Of a DNA stretch of 64,000 nt, positions 26,820 through 40,979 are shown one piece after another. Origin of the DNA: Octopus sinensis (taxonomy: Eukaryota); NCBI RefSeq assembly GCF_006345805.1, contig NC_043006.1:24180001-24244000 (forward strand), written 5' to 3'. A model generated the notes under the pieces. The model did not search any database. It was not told the DNA's origin and saw only the letters and a list, made by a program, of their open reading frames with translations. Every line of letters begins with the position of its first letter. The stretch's first letter is position 1. The position numbers were made by a program, and so were the translations under genes.

Positions 26820-27400
26820 CTGGAAAACTCTCTAGTATTTCAATGTATCTGGCAATATTAATTTTACAATCCTGTGAGGTGGCATGATACGGCTTTTGTT
26901 ACTATTCTTAAAACCTTCACTATTGCTGGAATCTTAGTATTCATCCTTTTGGGGACATCAGAAGGATCTGCACATAACCATCTGTCATTTTTCCTGTTAA
27001 ACTTTTGGTCTTGGTTGAAGTTTTTCTCCTCAGAGAAGAACCAAAGCATGTGATGTTCATGAGAATTTTTAAACCTTGTTAAGAACTTACTTTGCACAGA
27101 TCAAACAGTTTTCCGATTAGTTGTCCACGTGCACCACAGTTCTGATAGTCCACTCCAACACCTGAAGTTCTTTGATGATGACCCTCTTTGACTTTCCAGG
27201 ATCATCATCAATAATATTTTTAGACTCTTTGATAAATTATGCTAGCCTTATAGGATTCAAATGTTTAGAATTATTTTTGATACAGTTAAGACATTTTTGC
27301 CAAAGGCATCCAATTCTATCTAAACTTTGCATACAAAAGATTTTGCAACATTTAGAAGGCTGGTGATTTCTAAATTGTGTCCCTCACATAGGGCAACAAC
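26820..27400 (-). mobile_element. Tc1/mariner-superfamily transposase remnant
   Basis: WFFSEEKNFNQDQKFNRKNDRWLC...TKIP resembles the first catalytic Asp region (WFFSDEK) of this superfamily. Confidence 0.65.
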
Positions 27401-28241
27401 GACTACATGTCTTCTCATTTCTTTTGTTAGCATTTTATCTGCCATGAGGAATCTGAAATAAATAAAAACCTTTTAATTGGTTTGAAGTGAGTAATATACT
27501 GTTAACTAAGTGCCCTCAAATGTCCCTTACACCCTCTGTGTGTGTGCGCATATGTGCGCGTGTGCACACACACACACACACTTTGTCCTCAACCAAATCC
27601 ACTCACAAGGCTTTTGTTGGTCTGGGGTTATAGTAGAAAACACTTGCCCAAGATGCTGTGCAGTGGGACTGAACCTGAGACTACATAGATAGGATGTAAG
27701 CTTCTAAACCACACAGCCATACCTATGCCATGAAGCAAATTAAAGTGCTGAAGTAAAATAAAGCACTGTTTTTGTGTACTGTGCTAACTGTACTTCTACT
27801 GTTGTGGCATGTGTATTCATCACCATATTTATTATTTGTTAATTATAGATAGGAAATAGATAGGAAGCACTGAAATAATAAGAATATATTCATGCTTTAC
27901 AGTCTCAAGTTTAGCACTTTATGGTTTGAGGTCCTAATCTAGAAGGTTTAGTGTTTAAAGAATAATTTAGAGGAATATTCTGGGTATTTAATGACTTATA
28001 AAACCCCCTCCTGCTGAAAAGTGTAAGCATTTGATCAAATAATTATTGATTATCTTAATACTGTTTTAGTTCCTTGATTAAATAGTGTTGATAAAATTGA
28101 TACTAGAGGCAGTGTAGTTAGAGGTGTTACTGTTAGTATCTATTCAGACTTTAATGAAGCAAGAATAAAAAAAAAAAAAAACTGTCTGTGGACTATCTTG
28201 TCAAATTGTGTTCTGTTTATTTTCATTTTTATCTTTTTCAG

Positions 28242-28600
28242 CTATCATACTCCTCGACATAGTGACTATGAAGAGTTGGAGAGAAAGTACTGGAAAAACA
28301 TTACATTTGTTGCTCCTGTATATGGAGCAGATATTTCTGGCAGTTTATATGATGAAGACCAAGATTATTGGAACATCAATAGGTTAGGAACCATATTAGA
28401 CCATGTTAATGAGGATTATGGGATCAAGATTGAAGGTGTCAACACTGCATATCTTTATTTTGGCATGTGGAAAACCACATTTGCTTGGCACACTGAAGAT
28501 ATGGACTTATACAGTATCAACTATATTCATTATGGAGCACCAAAATCCTGGTATGCTATCCCACCTGAACATGGAAGAAGGTTGGAACGACTTGCACAAG
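28242..28600 (+). CDS. KDM4: KDM4 coding exon 3 (JmjC N-part, HTED Fe ligands)
   Basis: tttttcag|C YHTPR...[15 protein letters not shown]...[32 protein letters not shown]...LERLAQ-G|gtattt; 359 nt. Confidence 0.98.
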
Positions 28601-28899
28601 GTATTTCTTAAATTTACCTCCTGTCACCATCTTGATTAGGGCATGTACAAATAATCCCTCCTGTTACATAAATTTTCAATGTCCGTACAATAAATATGCC
28701 AAGAATGTTTCTAGTATATATATATATATATACTTTCTTATTGCTGGAAGTGAAAACAGAAGTTTTTTTAATCTTTGTTTTAGTTTATTTTCATGTAATG
28801 CCATTTAATCTTCCTCTCCCATACAGCTTCCTTACCAGCCAATTTCTCGTATATACTATGTAGCTTAGATTAGTACAAATTCTCTTATGTTTTCTGTTG

Positions 28900-29662
28900 G
28901 ATATCACTGCTGAAATGATTAAAATATCAGGTGGTGTGGGACACAGCCTTGTCATTCACATAGTTAATCAGGTTATTCAGGAAGGCGTCATCCTCATAGT
29001 GGTGTAGCAGTATTATAGTCAGCTGCTACAAGGGTAAAGGTGATGCCTTAGATAGAAACAACTGCTGGATCAGGTCATGAAAATTACAGAGAGAGTTATA
29101 TTTCAACTAATTAGGGATAAAATTAAACTCAATGAGATGCAGTTTGGTTTTGTTTCATGGAGAAGTATCGCAGATGCCATCTTCATAGTGAGACAGTTGC
29201 AAGAAAAGTATTTGGCCAAAAGTAAGACATTGTACTTAACCTTCATTGACCGGGAGAAAGCATTCAACAGGGTTTCCCACTGGTGGTCTCTAAGGAAGGA
29301 GTAGAGGAGTGACTTGTTAGAGCAGGTCAGGTCATGTACAGCAATGCTGTCAGTAAGGTGAGAGTTGGCCTTGAATACAGTGATGAATTTACTATACAAA
29401 TTGGAGTACACCAGGGATCAGTTCTTAGTCCATTCTTATTCATCATAGTTTTCCAGGCCATAACAGATGAATTCAAAACTTGATGCCCATGGGCACTACT
29501 ATGTGCTTATGATGTTCTGTGTCTTTGTCACACTCTAACCTTCTATCCTCTGACACAAGTTCCCCTCCTCAAATGCCTAGAGTAGTTTTCTACCTAGCTG
29601 GCTCCTGTCAATTGTCCTACACATGCATAGAAGATAGATATTAAATGGTGATGATGCTGTTG

Positions 29663-29693
<31 letters not shown>

Positions 29694-30315
29694 AAGGGCA
29701 TGCGTAGGCTCAAAAGAAATGAAGCTAGCTTGATCCACTGGATGTGTAATGTCAGTGTCCATGCACAACAGAGTGTAAGCGCCCTGAGAGAAATGTTGGA
29801 CATAAGAAGCATCGGATGTGGCATGCAGGAGAGACGTTTGCGTTGGTATGGTTATGTACTACAGTGTGAAGAAGTGCCACTCCCAAACAGTTGAAGGATT
29901 CTGGAGTGGAGGTAGACCCAGGAAGACATGGGATGAGGTGGTCAAGCATGACCTTCGAACGTTGGGCCTCACAGAGGCAATGATGAAAGACCGAGACCTC
30001 TAGAGATATGCTGTGACTGCGAAGACCCAACAAATGAAGTGAGTTCATGGCTCACAGGATAGCCTGCTGTGCTTACCTTGGATTGTAGGGTGGCCTGCTG
30101 TGCTTGAGGAGACTTATTGAGCCAAGTACATTAACATCAAAATAAAAATCAATTGGAAATTGTAATTGTGATATCTGTGCCTGTGGCATGTAAAAAACAC
30201 CATCCAAATGTGGCCAATGCCAGTGCTGCCACCTCTGGCCCTTGTGCTGGTGGCATGCAAAAAGCACCCATTACACTCACAGAGTGGTTGGCGTTAGGAA
30301 GGGCATCCAGCTGTA
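28900..30315 (+). mobile_element. Decayed RTE LINE fragment (RT to 3' UTR)
   Basis: EMQFGF...DAIFIVRQLQEKYLAK...KAFNRV; later RRLRWYG and GRPRKTWDEVVKHDLR. Confidence 0.85.
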
Positions 30316-30769
30316 ACTTTTTATCTTTATTTGAATTTTTATCTGAATTATGGCTTGTACAGTAGAGTCCTGTGAAACTAAACATACCTAATTTAAACAT
30401 ATTTATGGGATTTAAAAATTAAAATATAGTTTATTGTATTGAAAGTTGATAAAACTATAACGGCCTGATGATTGGGGTGGCATCTTGAGAGGGGTTCCAT
30501 GGAAACACAGAATGGTTTAGGAACCCGAGGATGTACCTCATGAAACATGTGTTGCCAAGGAATAAAACAGTAGGTATTTAAAATAAAAATAAAAATTATT
30601 TTTATTTGGTGAGAAGTAGGGGCATACTATCTCTAAATTAAAATATATTTCTTCATTGAGAATAATTTGAACCTCTGTTATGCCGGAATTGTTATTCCCT
30701 AACAAATAATATTTATACACATACACACACACACACACACACGCACACACACTCACACACACACACACA

Positions 30770-32135
30770 CATCATTATTGTTTAATGTCTGCTTTCCAGG
30801 CTGGCATAGTTTGGACTGTTTGACTGAGGACTGGTAAGCATGGAAGCCGCACCAGGTTCCAATCTGATTTGGCAAGGTTTCTACAGCTGGATGCCCTTCC
30901 TAATGCCAACTACTCTGAGAGTATAGTGGGTGCTTTTTGTGTGGCACTGGCACGGGAGCCAGTCAGGAAGCACTGGCATTGACCATGCTCAAACAATGCT
31001 TTTTATGTGCCACCTGCACGGGTGCCAGTCAGGTGGCACTGACTGGCACTTGAATGGTACTTTTTACATGTCACTGGCATGGGTACCAGTTAGGTGGCAC
31101 TAGCATTGGCCACAACTATGATTTCACTTGGTTCAACTGGTCTTCACACACATACAGCATATTGCCCAACAATTGAAGGGAGATTTTAAATGGGCCAGGT
31201 ATGTGACACTGGTATCGGTCACGACTATGATCTCACTTGGCTTGCTTAAGCACAGCATATCTCCAAAGGTCTCGGGCTTCACAGGGGCAGTGACAAGCGA
31301 CCAAAGTTTGAGGGTCATGCTTCACTACCTTATCCCATGTCTTCCTAGGTCTACTTCTTCCACAGGTTCCCTTGACTTTTAGGGTGTGACACTTCTTCAT
31401 ACAGCTGTCTTTATCCATATGCATTACATGACCATACTAGCGCAGTTGTCTCCCTTGCACACCACATCTGATGCTTCTTATGTCCAACTTTCCTCTCAGG
31501 GTGCTTACACTGTGTTGTGTATGCACACTTATATTACACATCCAGCAGAGCATAGTAGCTTCATTTCTTTCAAGTCTATGCATGTCCTTAGCAGTCACAG
31601 CCCATGTTTCACTGCCATGTAGCATGGCGGTTTGCATACATGTATCATACACTCTACCTTTCACTGTGTGTGAGAGAACTTTTGTTACCAGCAGAGGTAA
31701 GAGCTCTCTGAACTTTGCCCAGGCTTTTCTTATTCTAGTAGGTATGCTCTCAGAACATCCACCCCAGCTACTGACTTGATCACCTAGGTAATGGAAGCTA
31801 TCAACTACTTCTAGTTTGTTCCCCCTGGTATGTGATGGAATCTGTTTTCTGTACTCTTTGATGTTTATTGCACCTGTGAATCTGCCACAAAAAAAAAAGA
31901 ACTGTCTTTCCAGTTAACCTTCCTTTGATATTACTGCACCTTTTATGTGTCCATAGCTTACACCAGGTACATCTTATGGAGTTTCTATGCCTTTTCTACA
32001 GATTGAATAGGGCCATTTACCTGAAGGGATTTGTGATTTGTCTGCCTTCCTACTTACCAAGACTTTGGTTTTTGCTAGGTTGACTCAAAGGCCCTTTAAT
32101 TCTAGACCTTGCTTCCACACCTGGAACTTCTTCTC
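30770..32135 (-). mobile_element. Decayed RTE LINE 3' fragment
   Basis: KGRVYDTCMQTAMLHGSETWAV, GRSRPRKTWDKVVKHD, remnant of the PHD-type segment at about 31860-32010, and the 3' tail. Confidence 0.85.
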
Positions 32136-32243
32136 TATATGGGGGTGGGGGAAGGGTGTATTCCTATTCAGGAAAAAATATTGGAGAAAATTTAAAAACA
32201 TTTATACATTTTTCAAATTCAGGTGCATTTTCAAGGCCAAAAC

Positions 32244-32415
<172 letters not shown>

Positions 32416-32639
32416 ATGTGGATGATGTATATGAATATTTAAACCTTGCTATGTAGCAATCCTCCATGTCTAACCTGAAGCCCTAGCCCCATACCCACTT
32501 CACCTCTCTTCTTCTTGCCGCATTTTCTGGATATTGTAAGGATTAAGGAAATTGTAATTCATTTAATAATCTATCTACCAAACCCTCTGCCAGTGTTTGC
32601 ACAATGTAGGAAAAGTACCACAACTCTTATCCTCCCAAG

Positions 32640-33800
32640 TCTACAGTATCAGGGTTGCCACCATCAATGTTGGCACATTGAAAGAAAGGACTAGTGAGAT
32701 CATTGAAATGCTGGAGCAACAGTATGTAGATGTGAGTGGTGTGCAAGAAGTAACATGGAGGTGATCCTCCATTGGATTCCTCATGAGTAAGAAACAGAAG
32801 TTCAAATTCTTCTGGGTAGGCAGGAGTGACAGGTGTGGGTGGTATAGGCATACTTTTGGTGGAAAGTGGGTAGAAAAGGTAACGGAGGTAGTCAGTGTGT
32901 GATAGGGTAGTTAAGCTGAGACTAAACTTGGATAGATTAACAGTTACATTTGTTTCTTATGCTCCATAATCTGAGCTGGGTGATGACCAGAAAAAATAAT
33001 TTTATGAGGTCCTACTGCAGACTATCTCAATGACAAATGACAGAGACTTCGTTATTGTGACTGATGACTTCAATGGGCATGTTGGGTAGCACTCTCATGG
33101 ATTCCATGGTGTACATGGAGGTTATGGTTTCGACTCTAGAAATGAAGAGGGAACAAGGCTGCTGGGGTTCTGTGGTGCAAATGATCTCATGATCTGCAAC
33201 GCTAACTTCAGAAAACCAGCCAGGCACTTGACCACCTATCAGTCTAGTAAGCCAGATAGATTATCCCCTCACCAGATAATGAGATGGACAGATGTCTGCA
33301 AATGCAATGTCTTTCTCTGGTGAGTAATGTACAACCCAACATAGGTTACTAGTTAGTGCCTTCAGAATTAGAGCTAGAAGAGCTCCAAGAAATAAACTAG
33401 TTTGGAAAAAAAAATGTTTATGGGAGCTCATAGACCCAGCAAACTGACAGAAATTTAGAGATATTCTAATGGAAGCTTTTGATGAGTAGGAGGAGGGATT
33501 GGGGATATATAGCTTAGAGGAGAATTGGAAATTCTTGTGGGACAACCTTCTGAGGGCTCCAGACTAAATCTGTGGCTAGTGCAAAGTCCCAGCCAAGCCA
33601 AGAGTGATTTGGTGGTAGAACAGGAGGTAGACAGTACTATAAAAGCAATGAGACAGGCATAAAAAGACTGGAAAAATGGTGGAAGCAGAGAATTATGTCA
33701 GGTAACCCAGAAGGGAAGCTTGGTGACAGGTTTACATAGCATAAGGTAAAAAAATTTACCAGTGTTCTACAGTATGAGGATGAACGGTGTGAGGTGTTCA
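32640..33800 (+). mobile_element. Decayed RTE LINE endonuclease-region fragment
   Basis: Nucleotide homology to 48000-49160 (INVGTLK..., DFNGHVG...); multiple stops. Confidence 0.8.
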
Positions 33801-33814
33801 AGATTGCAAAGTAG

Positions 33815-34690
33815 TCATCATCATCATTTAACATCCATGTTCCATGCTGGCATGTGTTGGATAGTTTGACTGAGGTCTGGAGAACCAGCAGCTGCACCAG
33901 ACTCCAATCTGATTTGGCAATGTTTCTACAGCTGGATGCCCTTCCTCACGCCAACTATTCTGAGAGTGTAGTGTGTGCTTTTTATGTGCCACTGGCACAG
34001 GGGTCAGTCAGTCGGGCTTGGCATCGATCATGTTTGGATAGTGCTTCCTACGTGCCATGGCATGAGGTACTGGCATCAGTCACGTTTGGTTGGTGCTTTT
34101 TATGTTCCACCTATACAGGAGCCAGTCAGGCAGACCTGGCATTAACCACATTCAGATGGTGCTTTTTATGTGCCACTGGCACAGGAGCCAGTCAGGGGGG
34201 CACTGACCACAGCTACGATTTTGATTTTACTTGTCTCAACAGGTCTTCTCAAGTATATCATATCACACAATGCATCAGGGGTACTCTTAACTGGGTTGGA
34301 CATGAGTGGCTGTGATCTCACTTTACTTGCCGGGTCTTCTCAATCACAGCATATTTCCAAAGGTCTTGGTCTCATGTCATTGCCTCTGTGAGGCCCAATG
34401 TTCGATGGTCATGCTTCACCACCTCATCCCATGTCTTTCTGGGTCTACCTCTTCCACAGGTTCCTTCTACAGTTCGGGAATAGCACTTCCTCATGCAGCT
34501 GCCCTCTTCCATACGTACACATGACTATACCAGCGCTGTCATCTCTCTTGCACACCACATTTGATGCTTCTTATGCCCAACTTTTCTCTAAGGGCGCTTA
34601 CACTCTGTCATGTATGCACATAGACATTACATATCCAGTAGATCATACTAGCTTCATTTCTTTCAGCAACCATGTATCTTCTCTACAGCA
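33815..34690 (-). mobile_element. Decayed RTE LINE 3' fragment
   Basis: Homology to 45152-46500 including the (cat)n tail near 33815. Confidence 0.8.
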
Positions 34691-36947
34691 AGGCACTTGT
34701 TTCTATCACTCTATAATACTCTAACTGTTCATCACCTGACACAAAACTACTTCCCTCTCAAAGGATCTTTGTCTTGCAAGTTACTTGGTGATTGCACTTG
34801 TGCTGGTGCCATATAAAAAAAAAGCATCCAGTCCTCTCTTTAAGGTGGGTGGTATTTGGAAAGACACTCAGCTGTAAAAACCATGCCAAAACAGACTTTG
34901 CTCATGCTGGTACCATGTCAAAAACACCCAGCCCATTCTATAACATGGTTGGTGTTAGGAAGGGCATCCAGCTGTAGAAACCATGCCAAAAGAGACAGTG
35001 GAGCTTGGTGCAGTCCTCTAGTTTGCCAGCACCTGTCAAACCATCCAACTCATGCCAGCATGGAAAATGGACATTAAATGATATGATAATTTATAACATA
35101 GTGATGGCAAGTTGCGATTTATTTGTATAATCTTCACAACTCTTCTGCCCTCCTTCAGTTATTTTTAATGGACAGAAGTCTAAACTTCCACTGCTTTTGG
35201 CATATTGTCAAGGACATTTTTACAACAGCTGCTGAGGTTCTGAAATATTTGAGTGTTGCTTTTTCATTACTGTTTCCATCATTCCATCATCACCTGCAGC
35301 AACTGCACGATGCTGATTTTGATTTCTACTTTGTAATGAATATCCTTCAAACCTAATAATGTATAACAAATGTTATTATTTAGCCCTTTCACCCTGCATC
35401 TATCCTGTAAGTGGAGCTCTGTGATCAAAGATGGCCATTTATGACCAGTCTGTCATTATAGGTGTGTCTATGACTATCCTCTGTGTCCTGTTTATCTTTT
35501 CAAGACAGTACGGTATGGTCTGTGGGATATATGGCTGCTATTTCTAACAGGTTGAGAGATCAGGTAGAGGCTATTTTATTAGTTTGTTTAAAAACATTAC
35601 TATATGCGTTTGTATTTGTATTTAGGTATTTTGGTAGAGTGATCATAACCATTAAAATATAATGTTATACTTATTTTATTCTTATTTTGTAATAACAGTC
35701 ATTTTAAACTTAGACATCACACCAGAAATTTTAGAGAGAGCAATAGTCAATCGTATTAATTTCAGTACTTGACTGGTACCAAGTGGACCTTGGTGAGATT
35801 TGAACTTGGAAACACACACTGCTAGGCATTTTTTCTGACACTGTAATGATTCTGCCAATCCACCACTATTGTAGTAGTAATAGTAGTAGTAGTAATCATA
35901 ATGATGATGTGCATTGTTAATTATCAAATTATTTTTGTTGTGTGTCTATGACCTGGTAACTGATACACTGCTTCACTATATCAGTGAAGTAATAATATAT
36001 TTCACTGTATCAGTGAAATTATATTATATTTTTGACTCCATTTTTAAATTCATGTATTTTGAATATTACTCTTCAAACAATTTAACCCTTTTGTTAGTAT
36101 ATTTCTGTTGAAATATAGTGTCTTTCATGTCGATTAATTTTGAAGATAATGCCGACTTTAACAAAATAATTTGTCATTATTAAGCGGGTATTTAAAACAT
36201 AAATTTACATGAAATTTTGGTGGAAAGTTTTAATTCATGGAAGTTTCAATAATAGAACTAGGAGGCATTCTCAAATATGAAGTTGAAAACCTCATAGAAA
36301 TCTTTGACAAATATTACACTTTGAACAACTTAATATGTTGAATGCAAGTGATGATACAGTCAAAATATTAAACATAATGAAACAATATAAATAAATCAAT
36401 ATTACAAAGCTCCATGAATTTATGCATCAAAATAGAAATGAGAAAATTTATGAAATATGAAATTTCCTTTTTCTCACAAGTATATATAATTATTTCTATT
36501 TATTTCACTAGTCTATTTATATAAACCTTTGTATCTCTGTCTGTTCCCAATGCATTCACAAATCAGATTTTACATTGTTATACTGTGAGACCCAAGGAGT
36601 GTCAACGTAATTTTTTTATTGGGTTAAAACAATGCAACATTGGTACTGGTTCCGTTTTAGGTCTAAAACCTTGAAGAATAATAGTGAAACCTTCAACGAA
36701 ATTATAAGTACTTTCACTTTTAATAGTTTCACTAAGTCTATATATACATGTGTGTGTGTGTATATATATATATATATGTATATATGTATATATATGTATA
36801 TATATATATATATATTATATATATATATATACACATGCATATATATATACATATGTGTATATATATATATATTATATATATATATATACATATGTATATA
36901 TATAATATGTGTATATATATATATATATAGATATATATATATCTATA

Positions 36948-37013
<66 letters not shown>

Positions 37014-37250
37014 TACATATGTGTATATATATATATGTGTATATATATATACATATGTGTATATATATATATACATATGTGTATATATACATATATATGT
37101 ATATATATGTGTGTGTGTATGCATATATGTGTATATATACATATATATGTATATATATATATGTGTGTGTGTATACATATATGTAAATATGTATATACAT
37201 ATGTATATATGTGTGTGTCTATATATGTATTTGTATGTGTGTGTATATAT

Positions 37251-40100
37251 ATGTGTCACCGTTTGAAGGATCATCTACGTTCGCTTCCTGTATATTGCCT
37301 TCAGCCGTCCGTTAATCTCTCTCTACTTCTTTTTAAAAAAACCCGCTTCTCTAGCCATGTCTCTTTCCTAAGCCGCTGCCTACATCACCGACTCATCCCT
37401 AAAGGTTTCCGCCTCCACTTCCACCCTGCTCTCCACTCGGATTCTTCCATCTTACCCATACTCCGCACCACATCTTACCGCCTTATGCGGGCCACCATTC
37501 GCTTCAATCTCTCCAAACTACATGCCATCAACCGCCTTCTTCCTCCTGCATTCTCCACCTTCTTCTCCTCTCTGCCGCCTCTCTATGCTCCAAACACGCT
37601 ACGCTTCATTATCCATTTGAATCAACTCTTCCATCAATTTCTTTCTGATACCAAACTTCGTAAACTCCAATCACTCTTCCATTCCACCCTACCCGACGCC
37701 ACTACCCCAACTCCTCCACCACCCTTCTCCCCTCCCGATAGGCTCCATCCACCCACACCTAACCCCACTGCCCCTCCCTACAACCCCTTCTCCCCTCCCG
37801 TTAGGCTCCATCCACCTACACCTAACCCTACTGCCCCGCCCAACCACCCCCCACACACCTCTCCAATCCCTCCCCCTCAGACCTCCACGAGACCTACCAC
37901 CCCTCCTACTTCTATTCCATCCACCCCTTCTCCACTTCCGTCTGTTGTTACCATTCCCCACGATCTTCCCCTCTCTGCGGCTGAACGCTCCGTCCTTGGT
38001 AGGGGTCTGCGTTTCATCCCCCTCACTCCATCCTGTAAGGAATTCCAGACGCGAGTTGATGTCCACAGCTTTGTGCGCCGTGTCCGGTTGGGTGCGCATT
38101 ACCACGACTCGCCACCCACACCCAACGAAGAGGACGACTGCTTCACTGGCCTGGGCCGCCGACCATCCCCGTGGACGCCTGCCCCTGGCCAGATCCTAGC
38201 AGTGGATCTTTTCGCGGGCGCTTGTCAGCGTGCATTGGAGCGGTTCAACTTCTCCAGGCGCCAACGCCGCCTCAACATCTCCCCGGCTGAGCTCTTGGCT
38301 CTTCGTTCCCTCCAACGGCGCGCTGACATTATCATCAAACCGGCTGACAAGGGTGGAGCTGTAGTGGTGTGGCGCGCGGACCTCTATAGGGCCGAGGCTT
38401 TCCGCCAACTCAATGACACCTCCTTCTATTCCCCTCTGCCCTCTAACCCCACACGTAGCTACCAACAGACGGTATCCTCTACTGTCCAAGACCTCATCTC
38501 GTCCTCCCGTCTCCCCCGCACCGCATCCAACATAATTGTGCGAACCCCACGTACCCCCACCATTTACTTCCTCCCCAAAATCCACAAACCCAACAACCCT
38601 GGCCGCTCCATCGTCTCCGCCTGTAACTGCCCCACGGAGCTCATCTCTAAATACCTCGACCGTGTCCTTGCCCCCCTAGTGGCATCTCTTCCCTCCCACA
38701 TCCACGATACCAACCATGCTCTCCGACTTTTCAACTCTTTCTCCTTTCCTCCCGGCTCCTCCAAAATCCTTTTTACTATGGACATCCAAAGCCTCTATAC
38801 TGTTATCCCTCACCACGAAGGACTGCAGGCCCTTCGACACTTTCTTGACCTCCGCTCTAACCCTGTACCTGACACCTCCACACTCATTCGTCTGGCCGAA
38901 CTTATCCTTACTCTGAACTGCTTCTCGTTCGCGGGCGAGTTCTACCATCAGGTCTCGGGAGTGGCCATGGGAACGCGAATGGGCCCCAACTATGCGAACC
39001 TGTTCGTTGGCTATGTTGAGGCCCAAATATTCTCTAATTTCACTGGTCCCACTCCTGAACTATATGGTCGTTATATTGACGACATTATCGGTGCCACCTC
39101 ACTCTCCCGCGAACATCTAGATTCCTTCCTCTCTTTCGTCCAATCTTTCCATCCAGCCCTCCACTTCACTTCCACTATCTCCAACACCTCTGTCTCCTTC
39201 CTCGACATTTCGGTTAGCATTCTTCACTCCACTTACCACCTCCATTCACTACAAACACACAGACTCACACTCATACCTCAACTTCTCTTCCTCCCACCCA
39301 GAACACACCAAGCTTTCCATCCCCTATTCCCAATTCCTCCGTCTACGTAGGCTCTGTAGTGACGACCATGACTTTGAGACTCAGTCTCAACGTATGGCTC
39401 ACCACTTCACCCTACGTGGGTACCCCCTCACCACTATCCACACCGCCCTTGCCAGAGCACGGTCCGTGGACTGTGTATCTGCTCTCTCTCCCCGAACCCG
39501 CCCTGTAGTCTCGCCTCCCTTTTCCCCTCACTTACCCCCACGACCCTACGTCTCCAACGCACCATTCTTCGAGCTTTCCGTCATCTCCAGTCCGACCCGT
39601 CCACTTCACACCTCTTCCCTAACCGACCCCTCCCCTCTTTCAAACGAGCCCACAACCTTCGAGACCTTTTGGTCCATAGCTCTTCCCTGACCCTACCTCC
39701 CACCCGGCTCGTTCCCCTGCTCCCGCCCACGTTGCCGCACTTGCCCTTACCTCTCCAACACCACCGCCTCACTAGCACCCACCATCGACCCTATCCCATC
39801 ATCCACTCCTTCACCTGCACCTCCAGCAATATTATCTATTGCATCTCTTGCTCTCTCTGCAATTCCTTGTACATCGGACAAACGGGACGCCGCTTGGCTG
39901 ACCGGTTCGCGGAACACCTTCGTGACATCCACCTTGCGAACGACACACCGGTCTCACGCCATTTCCGCTCCACCGGTCACTCCTTGCAACACCTATCTGT
40001 GTTCGGTTTGTCCTTACACAGAGGCCATCCGGATTCCCGTTTGCGCCGTGAACAGGAATTAATCTTCTCTCTTCGCTCTTATACGCCATTTGGTCTCAAC
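37251..40100 (+). pseudogene. PLE RT-GIY-YIG polyprotein, about four frameshifts, no internal stop seen in the reconstructed frame
   Basis: [55 protein letters not shown]; CSRPRCRTC; IIYCISC...LYIGQTGRRLADRFAEH...FGLN. Shifts near 39230, 39525, 39700 and 39765. Confidence 0.85.
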
Positions 40101-40941
40101 TCTCCCCCCCTCCTCCTCCTCACCTATCCTTTCTCCCCCCGACCCCTACTTCTTCAGTCCTTCATCCTTTCACCCCTACTCCCCTTCCCTTCTTCCCTCT
40201 TTCTCCCTCCCTCTTCCCCTTCCCTCTGCTCCCTCACTCCCTCTCTCCCCTTCTCTCTCCCCCTCATCCCCTTCCTTCTCCCCATCCTCTCCTCTCCCCT
40301 CTCCTCCCCCTCTTCTTCCCCTCCCCTTCTCTCCCCTCCCCTTCTCTCCCCCCTCTTCTCCCCCCCCCTTTCTCCCCCCGTCCCCCTCTTCCCTCACTAC
40401 ACCACATGACTTTACACATCACATCACATATGATGTGCCATACTAATACACACACCAACTAATACATACTAATACTACTAGTACATACTAACATACTAAC
40501 ACCTTACACAACCCATACAACACAGTCCAGACCCCGCATACGCACTTATTATACTCTCTCACACACACACACACACACCTATACATACCAATACGTACTA
40601 ATACATACTAATACATACTAATACATACACCAACCCCATACATACGCACGTCCAGACCAATCTTACGCACTAATACTCTCTCAACAACACACACACACAC
40701 ACACCCTTATACATACTAATACATACACCAACCCTATACATACACACATCCAGACCCCTCCCACGCACTTTTAGCTGGTCCCTCAACCCATTTATCAACC
40801 CTATTATCTCCCCTTATTTCGCTCTCGCGTCTCATGTTTGATCTTTGACCTCTGGCCGAAATCAGATCGCCATGTTGATTCGTTAGCTACTGCACGCATT
40901 TTTTTTCTCTCCTTCTTTCTGTGTTTTTCTCTCTCTGTGTA

Positions 40942-40979
40942 TCTTTCTGTTGAAGAGCGTAGGCTCGAAACGTTAAAGA
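40942..40979 (+). ncRNA. Minimal type I hammerhead-like motif with A6U core variant
   Basis: TCTTT-CTGTTGA-A-GAGC-GTAG-GCTC-GAAAC-GTT-AAAGA; stems I and II pair perfectly. Confidence 0.55.

Noticed and set aside
36082-36627. piggyBac-like TTAA-CCC ... GGG-TTAA pair
   Set aside because: The match does not extend beyond CCC/GGG; the left end may be a real MITE fragment but the pair is unsupported.
36909-37250. N-terminal 114 codons of the 813-aa ORF
   Set aside because: Microsatellite read-through; PLE-like sequence starts near 37251.
37689-40089. Antisense ORFs over the Penelope element (and sense ORFs over the RTE at 46391-49212)
   Set aside because: Shadow ORFs caused by codon bias on the opposite strand of TE coding sequence.
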